Source: Terrimicrobiaceae bacterium
GTDB taxonomy: Bacteria > Verrucomicrobiota > Verrucomicrobiia > Chthoniobacterales > Terrimicrobiaceae
Assembly: GCA_044342325.1 (NCBI GenBank)
Contig: JBIIPZ010000033.1
Span: 1-34,256 of the forward strand
Direction: 5' to 3'
DNA: 34,256 nucleotides
Shown: positions 8,479-18,411 of the stretch, piece by piece
Position numbering within the stretch: position 1 is the first letter of the stretch
How the letters are laid out: every line of letters begins with the position of its first letter
Notes under the pieces: model-generated
The model's database searches: none
What the model was told of the DNA's origin: nothing
The model's input: only the letters and a program-made list of their open reading frames with translations
Made by a program: the position numbers and the translations under genes

Positions 8479-9041
8479 CAATGGCTGACTCCTTCCGATC
8501 GCGTGGTTTTCCATAGTGTTAAAATAATGATTTTCAGATCGAAAAGAAAAGACGCATTGAGGGAGTAGTGGTGATCCAACTCGACCTTTCGTTCAAGGGA
8601 AATTTCATCACGACCATTGACTTGAGCCCACCCCGTAATGCCTGGCCGCAAGGCGTGGATGCCGAGTTTTGTTCGCTCGGCCGCGAGATCATACTGGTTG
8701 AAAAGCGCTGGCCGTGGACCAACAAGAGACATGTCTCCCACCAAAACACTCCATAATTGAGGCAACTCATCAAGGCTGGTTCGGCGCAGGAATCGCCCTG
8801 CAGGCGTAAGAAGACTTTCCGGATCTTGGATGAGATGGGTGGCGACTTGGGGAGCGCCTACATGCATGGACCGAAATTTCGGCATTAAAAAAACTTCATT
8901 TCCCCGCCCGATACGCTTTGAAAAGTAAAGCACCGGCCCCGGAGATCCGAACCGCACCAGAAAAGCGCAAACGACGAAAAGCGGGCTTAAAATTGCGAGA
9001 AGAGCGGCGGCGAGCAGGATATCGAAAGCTCTTTTAAGCAT
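8478..9041 (-). CDS. Monotopic phosphoglycosyltransferase (bacterial sugar transferase, PglC-like)
   Basis: KRAFDI, KFRSM, RRTSLDELPQL, GDMSLVGPRP, RPGITGWAQVNGR. Confidence 0.95.
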   Translation of the reverse strand: MLKRAFDILLAAALLAILSPLFVVCAFLVRFGSPGPVLYFSKRIGRGNEVFLMPKFRSMHVGAPQVATHLIQDPESLLTPAGRFLRRTSLDELPQLWSVLVGDMSLVGPRPALFNQYDLAAERTKLGIHALRPGITGWAQVNGRDEISLERKVELDHHYSLNASFLFDLKIIILTLWKTTRSEGVSH

Positions 9042-9053
9042 ACGAACGGAGTT

Positions 9054-10961
9054 TCAATTCTTTTTGTCAGCTGAATGGTCTGAACTTGAGGACGGGAAAA
9101 ATTTTTTCAGAAGAGCAGTTGGGATTTTATCCCGGGGTATCCGCTCTATCAATTGCAAGGCCTCATTTTCTTTCCCTTGGTTCAAGAGAAACAAAGCCAG
9201 ATTGCATGCGGCTTCAGGATGTTCCGGATAGAGCCGACCGAGACGCTGGAAAAGTTCGTCGGCTTTGTGTTTCTCGCCACGAACCGCATACATAATGGCA
9301 AGATTGTTTAAGATGTAAAAACGGTCCGGATTTTCCCTGTCAGCCAATTTAAAAAGTGAAATAGCCGCGTCCACACGGCCTTGTTTCATAAAAGCGAACC
9401 CCTCCAAAAATGAAACAGGAACAGCGTAAGTATCCAAGGTCCGGAGAGGAGTCCGGGCCATTTGCGCATGTTTTTGCATCGTGTTCCAATGTCCCTGGGC
9501 CATGGCTTGGCGGGCCAGTGCAACATGATATTCCTGCTTCAAAGAAACGCTGGTTATTATAATTCCGATTCCAAGTATGACGAATGCAGAGGCGGCGAAA
9601 ATAGGAATTCTCCACCCGCCTCTGGAAAATCCTATGACTTTTTGATTCGCTGGTGAAGTTGCCAAGGCCGCCAAGATGACTGCCAGTGCCGTTTGATGGT
9701 TCACTCGATCCAATGGAAAACTGAAAAACGAATCGATCAGATAGCCGACCAAGCCCGCCAAAGCCGCAGTGGCTATCCAAGATTCTTCTCGGCTCCGAGA
9801 CTGAAAAATCAAGCGGATGCCGCCAAGTGCGGAAAGAATCACGGCGAATATAAAAGTTAAAAAACCGAAAACGCCCTTCTCGGCCAGAATCCAGAGGTAG
9901 TCATTGTGGGGTTGAATCCAATTCGAATCAATTTGAGAGAAATCCAATCCCCCGCCCTCCCGATAACCTTGAAGATGGATGGTGAAATTTCCGGCCCCAA
10001 CTCCAAAAGGGAAATGGTCGGCAAACATTTTGAAGGTCTCTCGCCAAATCATCAAACGGCCACCATCGGAAAAACGGATATCCTCTGAGAAAACCGCACG
10101 CATGCGCGATACAAGGGGATTTTCGGGCGGAGAGAAATTTAAGAAAAAAAACAGCGCAATGATTGACAAGGCGACTGAGGCAATAATCAAAAAGCGCGTT
10201 CTTTTTCCAAAGCCAAAAACCTCCGGGCGAAGAAAAATGGCGAAGGAAAAAACAACAATAACCGCTGCCGCCCCCATCCACGCCGATCTGCCCTGCAAAA
10301 GGATGATTAAAAAAAGCGCATTAACAGTGGCCCAAACCGCTCCCCACCTCCATACCCCTCTGAACAAAACCACACCGACAAGACAGAATGGCAGGAGCAG
10401 CAGAAGATATCCTGCAAAGAGGTTCACATTCCCCATCAGTCCAGAGATGCCCTGCAACCACCGGCGAGTCGGAGCATTCCAAACTGCGCACTGATAGCAC
10501 TGGAAAAGACCGATCATCCCGCTTGCCAAACCGGCCAAAGTCGCCGATCTGGCAAGCCATATGCGCCACTCCGGCGATGAGGCGAACAAGATGACGCACA
10601 AGCAAAGAACAATCAGTGCCGCCGCGCTTCTGGAAGCATCCAACAAGCCTGCGGATGGATTCAAGGCAACCAGAAGAGACATCCAGACAGTGACCACATA
10701 CCCTGCAAAAGCAAAGACAACCCTGTTTTCTAAAGCCGTCCAATCAAGGTTTCTTCGGACCGAAGGGAGCAGAAAAACCGCCAAAGCGACCAAGAGTCCG
10801 ATGTTCAAAACCAGCAAACGGGGAACTTGCCCACTATCCAGAGCATTCGGGTCTCGAATCAGAGCCAAAACACAAAGGAGAAAGCAAAGGAACGCAGCCG
10901 TGATTCTGGGCACAGAACGAATTTTTGTTTCAGTTTCGGTCATTGTTCCGGCTGGGAGCAT
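9054..10961 (-). CDS. O-antigen ligase / O-oligosaccharyltransferase family protein with C-terminal TPR-like region
   Basis: GNVNLFAGYL, QGRSAW, GRLMIW, FGVGAGNF, PHNDYLWILAEKG; TPR-like tail (NPDRFYILNNLA, PEHPEAACNLA). Confidence 0.88.
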   Translation of the reverse strand: MLPAGTMTETETKIRSVPRITAAFLCFLLCVLALIRDPNALDSGQVPRLLVLNIGLLVALAVFLLPSVRRNLDWTALENRVVFAFAGYVVTVWMSLLVALNPSAGLLDASRSAAALIVLCLCVILFASSPEWRIWLARSATLAGLASGMIGLFQCYQCAVWNAPTRRWLQGISGLMGNVNLFAGYLLLLLPFCLVGVVLFRGVWRWGAVWATVNALFLIILLQGRSAWMGAAAVIVVFSFAIFLRPEVFGFGKRTRFLIIASVALSIIALFFFLNFSPPENPLVSRMRAVFSEDIRFSDGGRLMIWRETFKMFADHFPFGVGAGNFTIHLQGYREGGGLDFSQIDSNWIQPHNDYLWILAEKGVFGFLTFIFAVILSALGGIRLIFQSRSREESWIATAALAGLVGYLIDSFFSFPLDRVNHQTALAVILAALATSPANQKVIGFSRGGWRIPIFAASAFVILGIGIIITSVSLKQEYHVALARQAMAQGHWNTMQKHAQMARTPLRTLDTYAVPVSFLEGFAFMKQGRVDAAISLFKLADRENPDRFYILNNLAIMYAVRGEKHKADELFQRLGRLYPEHPEAACNLALFLLNQGKENEALQLIERIPRDKIPTALLKKFFPSSSSDHSADKKN

Positions 10962-12768
10962 GATTCAAATCACTCAGAAGATCGAAACCCCGGGGGGTGA
11001 ATTTCAAATCCCGCGAAGCCTCGGAGTGGTCGAATGCCAAATCCTCGTTCATTCGCTGAAACATGGAAAACGAGAGATGCCTGAAACGGGGCAGGAGACG
11101 AAGAAAGGGAACGCCGCACATTAAAAGAATGGATGGTAGCGACAGAATGCGGGGGCGCAGGCCCAACGACTCGAAAATGCGCTCAACCATTCTGCGATAG
11201 GTCAATATTTCGCCACCTGAGAGGTTATAGTCTGACGATGGCAGGTCCAATGCCAGAGCCGAAATGCAGGCCGAGGCCACATCGCGCGCATGAATCGGCT
11301 GGCGAAGTCCAGAAGCTGGAGCGAGAACCGGATACCAGCCAAAACGCCGCACGAAACCGGCGATGGCGGCGACATTTGCATCATGAATCCCATCGTAGAT
11401 CATCGTGGTGCGTAAGATGAATACCCGAACTCCCCGAGCCTCGCCCCAAGCGCGAATATGCTTCTCGGCAGAATCAAGGCTCATTGCAAGGCATCGTTCG
11501 GAAGCATCGGCAGAGTCGATTTTGGTGAACTTACTTGTGGAGGACACAGCGACCAGATGGCGAACTCCAGCGAGTTCAAGCAAAGGCAGCAAGCCCGCAA
11601 GAGCATGAATCGGACAAAGTGAGACCCAAGAGTGAATCGGGGCACTGGCTAAAAAATTAGCCGCCGAGATTCCGCGAAATGGGACGGATGGCGTGCCAAA
11701 ACGGGATGGGGTGCGGGAATGAGCAAGAGCTGCGATACCCTTTTGATCCAGCAAGCGAAGAAGCTCCCTCCCGACAAAACTCGAAGCTCCCAGAACTCCG
11801 ACTGTAGGCTTGTCCCCGAGCGGGGCCTCTTCTGGACAGGAATTCTCTGAGGCAGGCATCTGCTTCAAGAGCATTTTTGGCTTCATTGAGAGTCTGGCGG
11901 CAACCAGAGCAAAACGCATCCCAACAGCAGCCCCTACCAATGCATGCAGGCTCGCTGGGTATTGGGAGCGAAAGTGTTTTTTGTAGAATCGCAGCATTCC
12001 CCAATGCTTGTGCCACTCAACAAAAACAGGACGCGCACGACTGCAAACGCCCTTCCCATGCAGAACCATGGCCTCAGGGCTGAAAACAACACTCCATCCG
12101 AGTTTTTTGAATTCCATACACAAATCCAAATCCTCGCAGTGCAGGAAAAAACCTTCGTCGAATCCCCCCACCTTTTCGAATGCGGAGCGCTTAACCATCA
12201 TGCACGCACCGGAAATCGCATCCACCTCGACAGGAAGAATAGGGGGCGCCGTCGATTCCATGTGAAAATCATGCCTGCGTAAAATCCTCCAGAGGCCGAA
12301 CGCTCGAACGAAAGATTTCCAAGGCGTGGGAATACTCCTCCGCCCCCCGCCCTGCTCGGTTCCATCGGGGTTTAGGAGCAATGGACCAACCATCCCGGTG
12401 TGAGGATTCGCATGCAGGGTATCGCTCATTTTTTCCAAGAGACCTGGCAATGCGATGCAATCGGGATTGAGAAACAAAATGCAGGGTGCGCTGCTTGCGG
12501 CAGCTCCCTTGTTGCATGCTACAGCGAAGCCGGCATTAACCGGCGAACGAAGGATTTTCAGCGAAGGATTTGCCGCAAATGGTGCAACCACCGACTCGAA
12601 CTCCGCAGACTCTGAGGCGTTGTCCACGAGAACAACCTCCCGTGACTGCGAGAGGGCGGATTTCAAACACGCGGCAAGAGCCTCGCCGGCGTTGTGATTC
12701 ACAATCACAACAGCCACCTGGAAATTCGGAACAGCCATGGGAGAAACAGGCGAATCTGTCATAATCAA
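10930..12768 (-). CDS. GT2 glycosyltransferase (WbbL-like) fused to an NAD-dependent epimerase/dehydratase
   Basis: N-half: VIVNHN, VDNAS, NAGFAVACN, LNPD, ISGACMMV, GGFDEGFFLHCEDLD. C-half: VLGASSFVG, VSSTS, LRTTMIY, RQPIHARDVA. Confidence 0.88.
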   Translation of the reverse strand: MIMTDSPVSPMAVPNFQVAVVIVNHNAGEALAACLKSALSQSREVVLVDNASESAEFESVVAPFAANPSLKILRSPVNAGFAVACNKGAAASSAPCILFLNPDCIALPGLLEKMSDTLHANPHTGMVGPLLLNPDGTEQGGGRRSIPTPWKSFVRAFGLWRILRRHDFHMESTAPPILPVEVDAISGACMMVKRSAFEKVGGFDEGFFLHCEDLDLCMEFKKLGWSVVFSPEAMVLHGKGVCSRARPVFVEWHKHWGMLRFYKKHFRSQYPASLHALVGAAVGMRFALVAARLSMKPKMLLKQMPASENSCPEEAPLGDKPTVGVLGASSFVGRELLRLLDQKGIAALAHSRTPSRFGTPSVPFRGISAANFLASAPIHSWVSLCPIHALAGLLPLLELAGVRHLVAVSSTSKFTKIDSADASERCLAMSLDSAEKHIRAWGEARGVRVFILRTTMIYDGIHDANVAAIAGFVRRFGWYPVLAPASGLRQPIHARDVASACISALALDLPSSDYNLSGGEILTYRRMVERIFESLGLRPRILSLPSILLMCGVPFLRLLPRFRHLSFSMFQRMNEDLAFDHSEASRDLKFTPRGFDLLSDLNHAPSRNNDRN

Positions 12769-12902
12769 CCACGCACCTTCATGGAAACTCGATTGCCGCT
12801 TGTAAGTAAGAGGTGCGGTGTTTTCAGAATTTCTTGTCCATGATTTCGTAATGCGGTGCCAGTAGAGACCGTGTGGCTACAGAGAAATGAGAGCATGGGT
12901 TT

Positions 12903-14204
12903 TTACTCGTAGCGGAGGGCGGTGATGGGGTCGATGCCGGAGGCTTTGGCGGCGGGGTAGAGGCCGGAGAGGAGGCCGGCGGCGAGGGCGAAGCCTACGG
13001 CGAGGAGGATGGAGTCGGGGGTGAGGACGGGGACATTTTCGGTGGGGGCAATGGTTTTGAGGATTTCGATGAGGCCGAGGGAGGCGAGGATGCCTAGGAG
13101 GCCGCCGAGGAGGGAGACGAGGATACTTTCGATGAGGATTTGCCAGAAGATGTCGCGCTGGCGGGCGCCGACGGCGAGGCGGATGCCGATTTCCCGGACG
13201 CGCTCGGAGATACTGGCGAGCATGATATTCATAATCCCGATACCACCGACGACGAGGCTGATGGCGGAGATGAGGCCGCCGCTGAGGCGGGCGGCGCGGA
13301 CGCTGCTCTCCATGCGGTCGAACCAGTCCTGACGGGTGTCGAGGTCGAAGTCGTCCACGCCGCGGTGGGTGATGTCGAGGATACGGCGCACCTGGTCGAG
13401 GGCGGGGCGAAAGTGATCCAAATCCCCCACCCTTACGGTGAGGGTTTCGAGTTTCATGGTTTCGAGGGAGTCGAGCGGGAAGGCGCCGGAACGGAGTTCG
13501 TGGAACATGGTGGTGAAGGGGACGAGAACGGTCTCGTTTTTCTGCCGGAAGGGATCCCAGCGGCGGGAGGTGCTTTTGCCTGCTCTGCGGGCCCGGGCTT
13601 GCTCGTCCATTTCATAAAGGGGGAGAACTCCCACGACCTCGAATGGCCGGTTGTCGATGAGGATGCTCTTGCCGACGATGAGCCGGGGTGGAATGCCAGG
13701 CCAGAGGTTCTTGGCCACGGTGTCGCCGACGACTGCGCAGCGCGCTCCGCGCTCCAGATCAAGCGTCGTGAGGAAGCGACCTACGGCGATCTGGTGCATG
13801 GCGATGACAAAATGGTCTGGATAGACACCGCGCACCATGCGGCGCTCGGGATTTCCACCGCCATCGGTGGCGACGGCGGTGGTCAGGGAGATTTCAGGCG
13901 AGACATGGGAAATGAATGTGGCCGAGCGGCGGATGGCTTCGGCGTCGCGCAGGGTGCGGCCGGGCGAGAGGTTCGCGAATTCGAATTTCCTGCTGGAAGG
14001 CTCCTTGTTCACGATGGAGACGAGCTCAAGCCCCCCCATCTGCTGCATGAAAATGCGCGATCCGTCTTCGATACCTCGCGTGAGGGCCATAGTGGCGATG
14101 AGGCTGCTGACACCGAGGACGATGCCGAGCATGGAGAGAGCGGTGCGGAACTTGTGGGCGGCGATTTCGTGGAGGCCGATGGAGATCGAGACGAGCGGGT
14201 TCAT
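12903..14204 (-). CDS. ABC transporter permease (MacB/FtsX family)
   Basis: RTALSMLGIVLGV, ISLVVGGIGIMNIMLASISERVREIGIRLAVGA, GLYPA.KA..DPI.ALRYE. Confidence 0.95.
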   Translation of the reverse strand: MNPLVSISIGLHEIAAHKFRTALSMLGIVLGVSSLIATMALTRGIEDGSRIFMQQMGGLELVSIVNKEPSSRKFEFANLSPGRTLRDAEAIRRSATFISHVSPEISLTTAVATDGGGNPERRMVRGVYPDHFVIAMHQIAVGRFLTTLDLERGARCAVVGDTVAKNLWPGIPPRLIVGKSILIDNRPFEVVGVLPLYEMDEQARARRAGKSTSRRWDPFRQKNETVLVPFTTMFHELRSGAFPLDSLETMKLETLTVRVGDLDHFRPALDQVRRILDITHRGVDDFDLDTRQDWFDRMESSVRAARLSGGLISAISLVVGGIGIMNIMLASISERVREIGIRLAVGARQRDIFWQILIESILVSLLGGLLGILASLGLIEILKTIAPTENVPVLTPDSILLAVGFALAAGLLSGLYPAAKASGIDPITALRYE

Positions 14205-14881
14205 GGCGCGTATTCGCGGGTTATGCGGCCGTCGCGGATTTCGATGACACGGCGTGAGCGGGCTGCGATGGCGGGGTCGTGCGTGACGAGGACAACGGTC
14301 TTCCCAGACGCATGCAGGGCGTCAAACATTTCCAAAATCATGCGCCCGGTGGCGGAGTCGAGGTTGCCAGTGGGCTCGTCGGCAAAAAGGATGCGGGGAT
14401 TGTTGACGAGGGCACGGGCTATGGCGACGCGCTGGCACTGGCCGCCGCTGAGCTGGGGCGGACGGTTCGAGAGGCGGTCGCCGAGGCCGACATCAGTCGC
14501 CGCCTGCCTGGCGCGGGCGAGGCGCTCGCGGGAGGCGACTCCAGCATAGATGAGAGGCAGGGCTATGTTGGAAACGACATCGAGTTTCGGCAGGAGATTG
14601 AAGGCTTGGAAAACAAAGCCGATCTCGCGGTTGCGAACGCGGGCGAGTTGGTCGTTGGAGGCTTTGGCGAGATCGTTGCCGCAGATTTCCATTCGACCGG
14701 CCGTGGGGGTGTCGAGGCAGCCGAGGAGGTGCATGAGCGTAGATTTGCCGCTGCCACTCGAGCCGATAATGGCGATGAACTCACCCTCGTCGATGCGGAG
14801 GTTGACCTCATCGAGCGCCCGTATTTCCTGATCGCCGACACGATAGACTTTGCTGAGGCCTTCGAGGTGGATGAGGCTCAC
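14201..14881 (-). CDS. ABC transporter ATP-binding protein (LolD/MacB-like)
   Basis: GSSGSGKST, LSGGQCQRVAIARAL, ADEPTGNLD, VTHD. Confidence 0.96.
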   Translation of the reverse strand: MSLIHLEGLSKVYRVGDQEIRALDEVNLRIDEGEFIAIIGSSGSGKSTLMHLLGCLDTPTAGRMEICGNDLAKASNDQLARVRNREIGFVFQAFNLLPKLDVVSNIALPLIYAGVASRERLARARQAATDVGLGDRLSNRPPQLSGGQCQRVAIARALVNNPRILFADEPTGNLDSATGRMILEMFDALHASGKTVVLVTHDPAIAARSRRVIEIRDGRITREYAP

Positions 14882-15972
14882 GACTTGGATTTTTTTGAGG
14901 CGTTTTGGGAAGGCTCGGGAGGCTCGACGAGAAGAACATCCTCGCCTTCGCGGATGCCGGACTGGATTTCAGCGTCATTCGCATCGATGGCTCCCACGGT
15001 GACTTCACGCCGCACGGGGTCGCCCTCCTCGAGCACATAAGCGACCTTGCGGCCTTGATTTTCAAAAATGGCTGTGAGGGGCACGGCGACGACGCCGGCG
15101 AACTTCGGCAAGGCTAGGCGCACGCTCACCGACACGCCAGGCTTGAGGCCAGCCTCGTTGCTGTCGATGAGGCCACGCACCTCGAAGCCCTTGATGCTGT
15201 TTTTCACGCTGGCCAGGGGAGCGATGAAAAAAACTTTGGCGGAAGCGGTGGACTCACCGGAATCTGGCGCCTTGAGGATGAGTTGCTGTCCCAGGCTCAC
15301 CTTAGAAGCATCGAGCTGGTTGACTTGGGAGATGATAAGCAGGCTGGAGAGATCGGCGAATGTCATGAGGCTCGTTCCGGAATTCACGCTGGCGGCGCCC
15401 ACGACGACCTGGCCTTCGCTGACGGGGATTTCGAGGACGGTTCCATCGAAGGGTGCGAGGACGCGTGTTTTGGAAAGACGGTCATCGACGGTCTGGCGGC
15501 GGCGGAGGGCTTTATCGAGGCCGTTTTCCTCGATTCGGAAGTCGGCCATCATATTAACAAACTCCTCTTCGCTCAGGAGCCTGCGCTCGTGGAGTTGGCG
15601 GGCGCGATCGAAGTTGCCCTTGGATTTTCCCATGGTGAGCCGTGCGCCCTCAATCTCAGTCTCAGCGGCGGCGCGCTCATTGAGGAGATCGGTGTCATCA
15701 ATCGTCACCAGCAGGTCGCCTTTTTTCACGCTCTGGCCGGGAGTGACATGGATGCGGCGGATTTTTCCACCGATCTCAGGCTTCACATCGACCTGGAGCG
15801 AGGGTTTGACCTCGCCGGCGAGAGGCAACTCGGGCGAGATGTCGGCGAGGCGGGCTTTAGCTGTGGGAAAATCCTCTTTTTTCTCAACAGAGGAAAAAGG
15901 CGGCCAGCCTTGGTAAAAAGCGGTTCCAGCAAGAATAAAAACGAGGACGACTGCGGAGAGGTATTTGGTCAC
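14878..15972 (-). CDS. Periplasmic adaptor / membrane fusion protein (MacA-like)
   Basis: N-terminal anchor, lipoyl halves (GKIRRIHVTPGQSVKKGDLL; APFDGTV), coiled coil. Confidence 0.92.
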   Translation of the reverse strand: MTKYLSAVVLVFILAGTAFYQGWPPFSSVEKKEDFPTAKARLADISPELPLAGEVKPSLQVDVKPEIGGKIRRIHVTPGQSVKKGDLLVTIDDTDLLNERAAAETEIEGARLTMGKSKGNFDRARQLHERRLLSEEEFVNMMADFRIEENGLDKALRRRQTVDDRLSKTRVLAPFDGTVLEIPVSEGQVVVGAASVNSGTSLMTFADLSSLLIISQVNQLDASKVSLGQQLILKAPDSGESTASAKVFFIAPLASVKNSIKGFEVRGLIDSNEAGLKPGVSVSVRLALPKFAGVVAVPLTAIFENQGRKVAYVLEEGDPVRREVTVGAIDANDAEIQSGIREGEDVLLVEPPEPSQNASKKSKS

Positions 15973-15992
15973 GGAGAGCTTACTCTACAGGC

Positions 15993-17141
15993 TTAGGGTG
16001 TTTTTTCAATCAACACCGCTGCAGCGGCTGTGTAGCCATGGATGGCATTCACGCCACGGATAGGAGCGATTTCGCCGTTGCAGAAACAACCGGCGATGGG
16101 CTTGCCGCCAAGCGCCTCGGAGAGTTCGGAGGCATCTTGATTCATCGTGCCGAAAAAATTCTTCCCACGACCGAGACAGGAAAAGAGCAACGCGCCATAG
16201 GCACGCCGCTTTGCGAGGCGAACCGGCTCGTAGCCACGGGCGAGATCCTCGAGGGCGGCACTGGGGTTTCGAATTTGATATTGCAGGGTTTGTCCAATGC
16301 GTGGAATGCCCGCTATCACGACCGCGCCAGAGCCGGGGTCCGCTCCGATGATGTTTTTGACGAGGAAGTCGCCAGAATGGAACTCGTGGATGTATTCCGA
16401 GCCTGCAAGACCGGCGAAGAGATTGCCTCTGGCGTTGGATTTTTCGTCATCGCTGAGTGTTTCGAAGGCGCGCTCCAGAGCCCGGTAAGCAGGCTGGCCT
16501 CCCAGCGCGTAAATCACATTGTGGTCAGCACGGGTGACTGTGAAAGGCTCCCCGATGGGACGACAGCCTTGACTGAGAGCTGGAACGATGGCTGTGCGGC
16601 CGATTACAGGCACGGCGGCGGCATCCACCGGCTTTCCATTAATGAATGCGGTGATCTCATGCGAATCCCCCCCGCTGGCGAGGCCGCCCACCACACTCAG
16701 TCCATGTGCCTCGCGGTTGCAGGAGTTGATCCAATCCTCGATCGGAAAAGCATAGGGGTTGGCGAGGGTGATCCAGCCATTTGACTCGACAGAAGATGAA
16801 TAGTCGGAGCCTTCCAGCGCCAGCGGGTCGCCGAATTCGCCTTGGCAGGCGATGAGGGAAAAACCGGATCCTCCCTCGAACTCGCTCCCCCCCTCAATGC
16901 GTCCGCCGGTCGTGCAGCCAATGATGTCTTGGATGTGACCATCGACTCGCAGCGTCTCACAGAATTCCGCGATATGGGGCATGTAGTTGGCACTGACAAA
17001 AGCAAAAGCCATGCGCGCGGGCGTTTTGAGCGCTTTCCTAATGTGGAGGGCCGCTGAGAGAACCTCCGAGGAGTTGTAGACACCGCTGACATGAAAACTG
17101 GCTGCTTTGAACTTACCCATATCACGCCCATCATTACGCAC
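15993..17141 (-). CDS. FIST N/C domain sensory protein
   Basis: IGCTTGG, VGGLASG, SQGCRPIG, GALLFSCLGRG, GCFCNGEIAP, HGYTA. Confidence 0.9.
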   Translation of the reverse strand: MRNDGRDMGKFKAASFHVSGVYNSSEVLSAALHIRKALKTPARMAFAFVSANYMPHIAEFCETLRVDGHIQDIIGCTTGGRIEGGSEFEGGSGFSLIACQGEFGDPLALEGSDYSSSVESNGWITLANPYAFPIEDWINSCNREAHGLSVVGGLASGGDSHEITAFINGKPVDAAAVPVIGRTAIVPALSQGCRPIGEPFTVTRADHNVIYALGGQPAYRALERAFETLSDDEKSNARGNLFAGLAGSEYIHEFHSGDFLVKNIIGADPGSGAVVIAGIPRIGQTLQYQIRNPSAALEDLARGYEPVRLAKRRAYGALLFSCLGRGKNFFGTMNQDASELSEALGGKPIAGCFCNGEIAPIRGVNAIHGYTAAAAVLIEKTP

Positions 17142-17184
17142 CGGTTCCGCGAGTCAATCCACCGCTCCAGCGGCGGACAAAGTT

Positions 17185-18333
17185 TTACCCAAGAATGCGG
17201 CGGATGGTTTTCAGCGAGTCAAAACATTCGACCGCACACTCGCGGGCGGCGCGGGAGAGACGCTCCCAGTCTTGAAGCACACGGCAGGCGCAATCCACGG
17301 CAGAGGCCTTGTCGTGCATCCACAGGAAGCCACTCTCGGCAGGTAGATATTTCTCAGCGGCGGTGGACTCCGTGATGACAGGACGGCCCAGCGCGAGAAA
17401 CGCAGCCGCCCGGTCGCTGATCCAGCCTGTGCGCGTCACATCATCCACCTTCACCGGCGTGAACTCCGCGAGCGAGCCACGCAGGTAGTCGAAATAATGT
17501 TCCGGCGAGCAAACAACATCGCGAGGGTAAACATGCCGCCAACCGTGAGCGCGCAAGCGGTCGGCCTCGGCATCGTCGGGGTTCATGTGCATGGCCAACT
17601 CCCACTCGACTTCGGGCACCTCCGCTGGCACATCGAGATAGGGTTCGAACTGCGCCCGCTTCGAGTAGTCGCGGTAAATGCCATCAATCTCCAACCAACC
17701 CTCCCAATACCACTGACCGACCGTGGTGAAGCGGTTTCGCGCGGGACGCGGGGCAGGCTGCAGAAGCTCGGTGTCGACGATCGGATGAAATGTTTTCCAT
17801 TCCACTCCAGGAGGCGGCTTGGGCAGGCGACACTCAGGCGAATGCATGTTCAGCCCGATCGACCAAAATTCGGTGTGAAAGGACTGTCCGAGCTCGAGTT
17901 TATCCATCCAATGACAGATCTCAGTCGGGTCGATATTGAGGTATACGCGGCGCTCGAAGAGCTGCACCAGTGGAGGGCGGATGGAGTAGCTCAAGTTCAG
18001 CAAGGTTGTAGGCCCACCAAGGCGCTCGCGGAATTCTCGCTCCGACATGCCGTGAAAATCAAAGCCCGCGAGGTCCTGCAACTCCGCCGCCTCCCGCTGG
18101 TAGAGCAAAACATAGTTGAGCCCATAATGGCGCATGCGCTCGTCAAAAATGCGAATGCAACGGGCATCGAGAGCGGGATCTCCGGAAGCAGGCATGAGTT
18201 CCAGCCAAAAATAATCCACGCCCAGGCGCTTCAATCCCAGCGCCCATTGCAAGGGCACGGAAAAGTTGCCACCGCCCTCGGGATACTTCGCCGCAAATCC
18301 ACTGCCCAGGAAAACCGTGCCCGCGTAGTTCAT
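17185..18333 (-). CDS. Uncharacterised GT-B-like glycosyltransferase
   Basis: N-terminal YPEGGGNFSVPLQWALGLKRLG; C-terminal GWISDRAAAFLALGRPVITEST resembles a GT-B donor-binding domain. Confidence 0.6.
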   Translation of the reverse strand: MNYAGTVFLGSGFAAKYPEGGGNFSVPLQWALGLKRLGVDYFWLELMPASGDPALDARCIRIFDERMRHYGLNYVLLYQREAAELQDLAGFDFHGMSEREFRERLGGPTTLLNLSYSIRPPLVQLFERRVYLNIDPTEICHWMDKLELGQSFHTEFWSIGLNMHSPECRLPKPPPGVEWKTFHPIVDTELLQPAPRPARNRFTTVGQWYWEGWLEIDGIYRDYSKRAQFEPYLDVPAEVPEVEWELAMHMNPDDAEADRLRAHGWRHVYPRDVVCSPEHYFDYLRGSLAEFTPVKVDDVTRTGWISDRAAAFLALGRPVITESTAAEKYLPAESGFLWMHDKASAVDCACRVLQDWERLSRAARECAVECFDSLKTIRRILG

Positions 18334-18388
18334 AATGGCGGCAAGTCATAGCGGATATGCCGCCAACCGCACGGCGAAAAAATGTTGG

Positions 18389-18411
18389 CGACGGTCATAG
18401 ACCGCCGCTAC
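18389..18411 (-). repeat. GTAG-type REP-like hairpin
   Basis: Minus strand GTAG-CGGCGGTC-TAT-GACCGTCG; related copy at 24438-24460. Confidence 0.7.

Noticed and set aside
13140..14549. 469-aa plus-strand ORF and similar long antisense ORFs (14279-15040, 16038-16784, 17497-18351, 18357-19343, 22374-23321, 23167-24099)
   Set aside because: Shadow frames opposite well-supported genes in GC-rich DNA, with no recognisable motifs.
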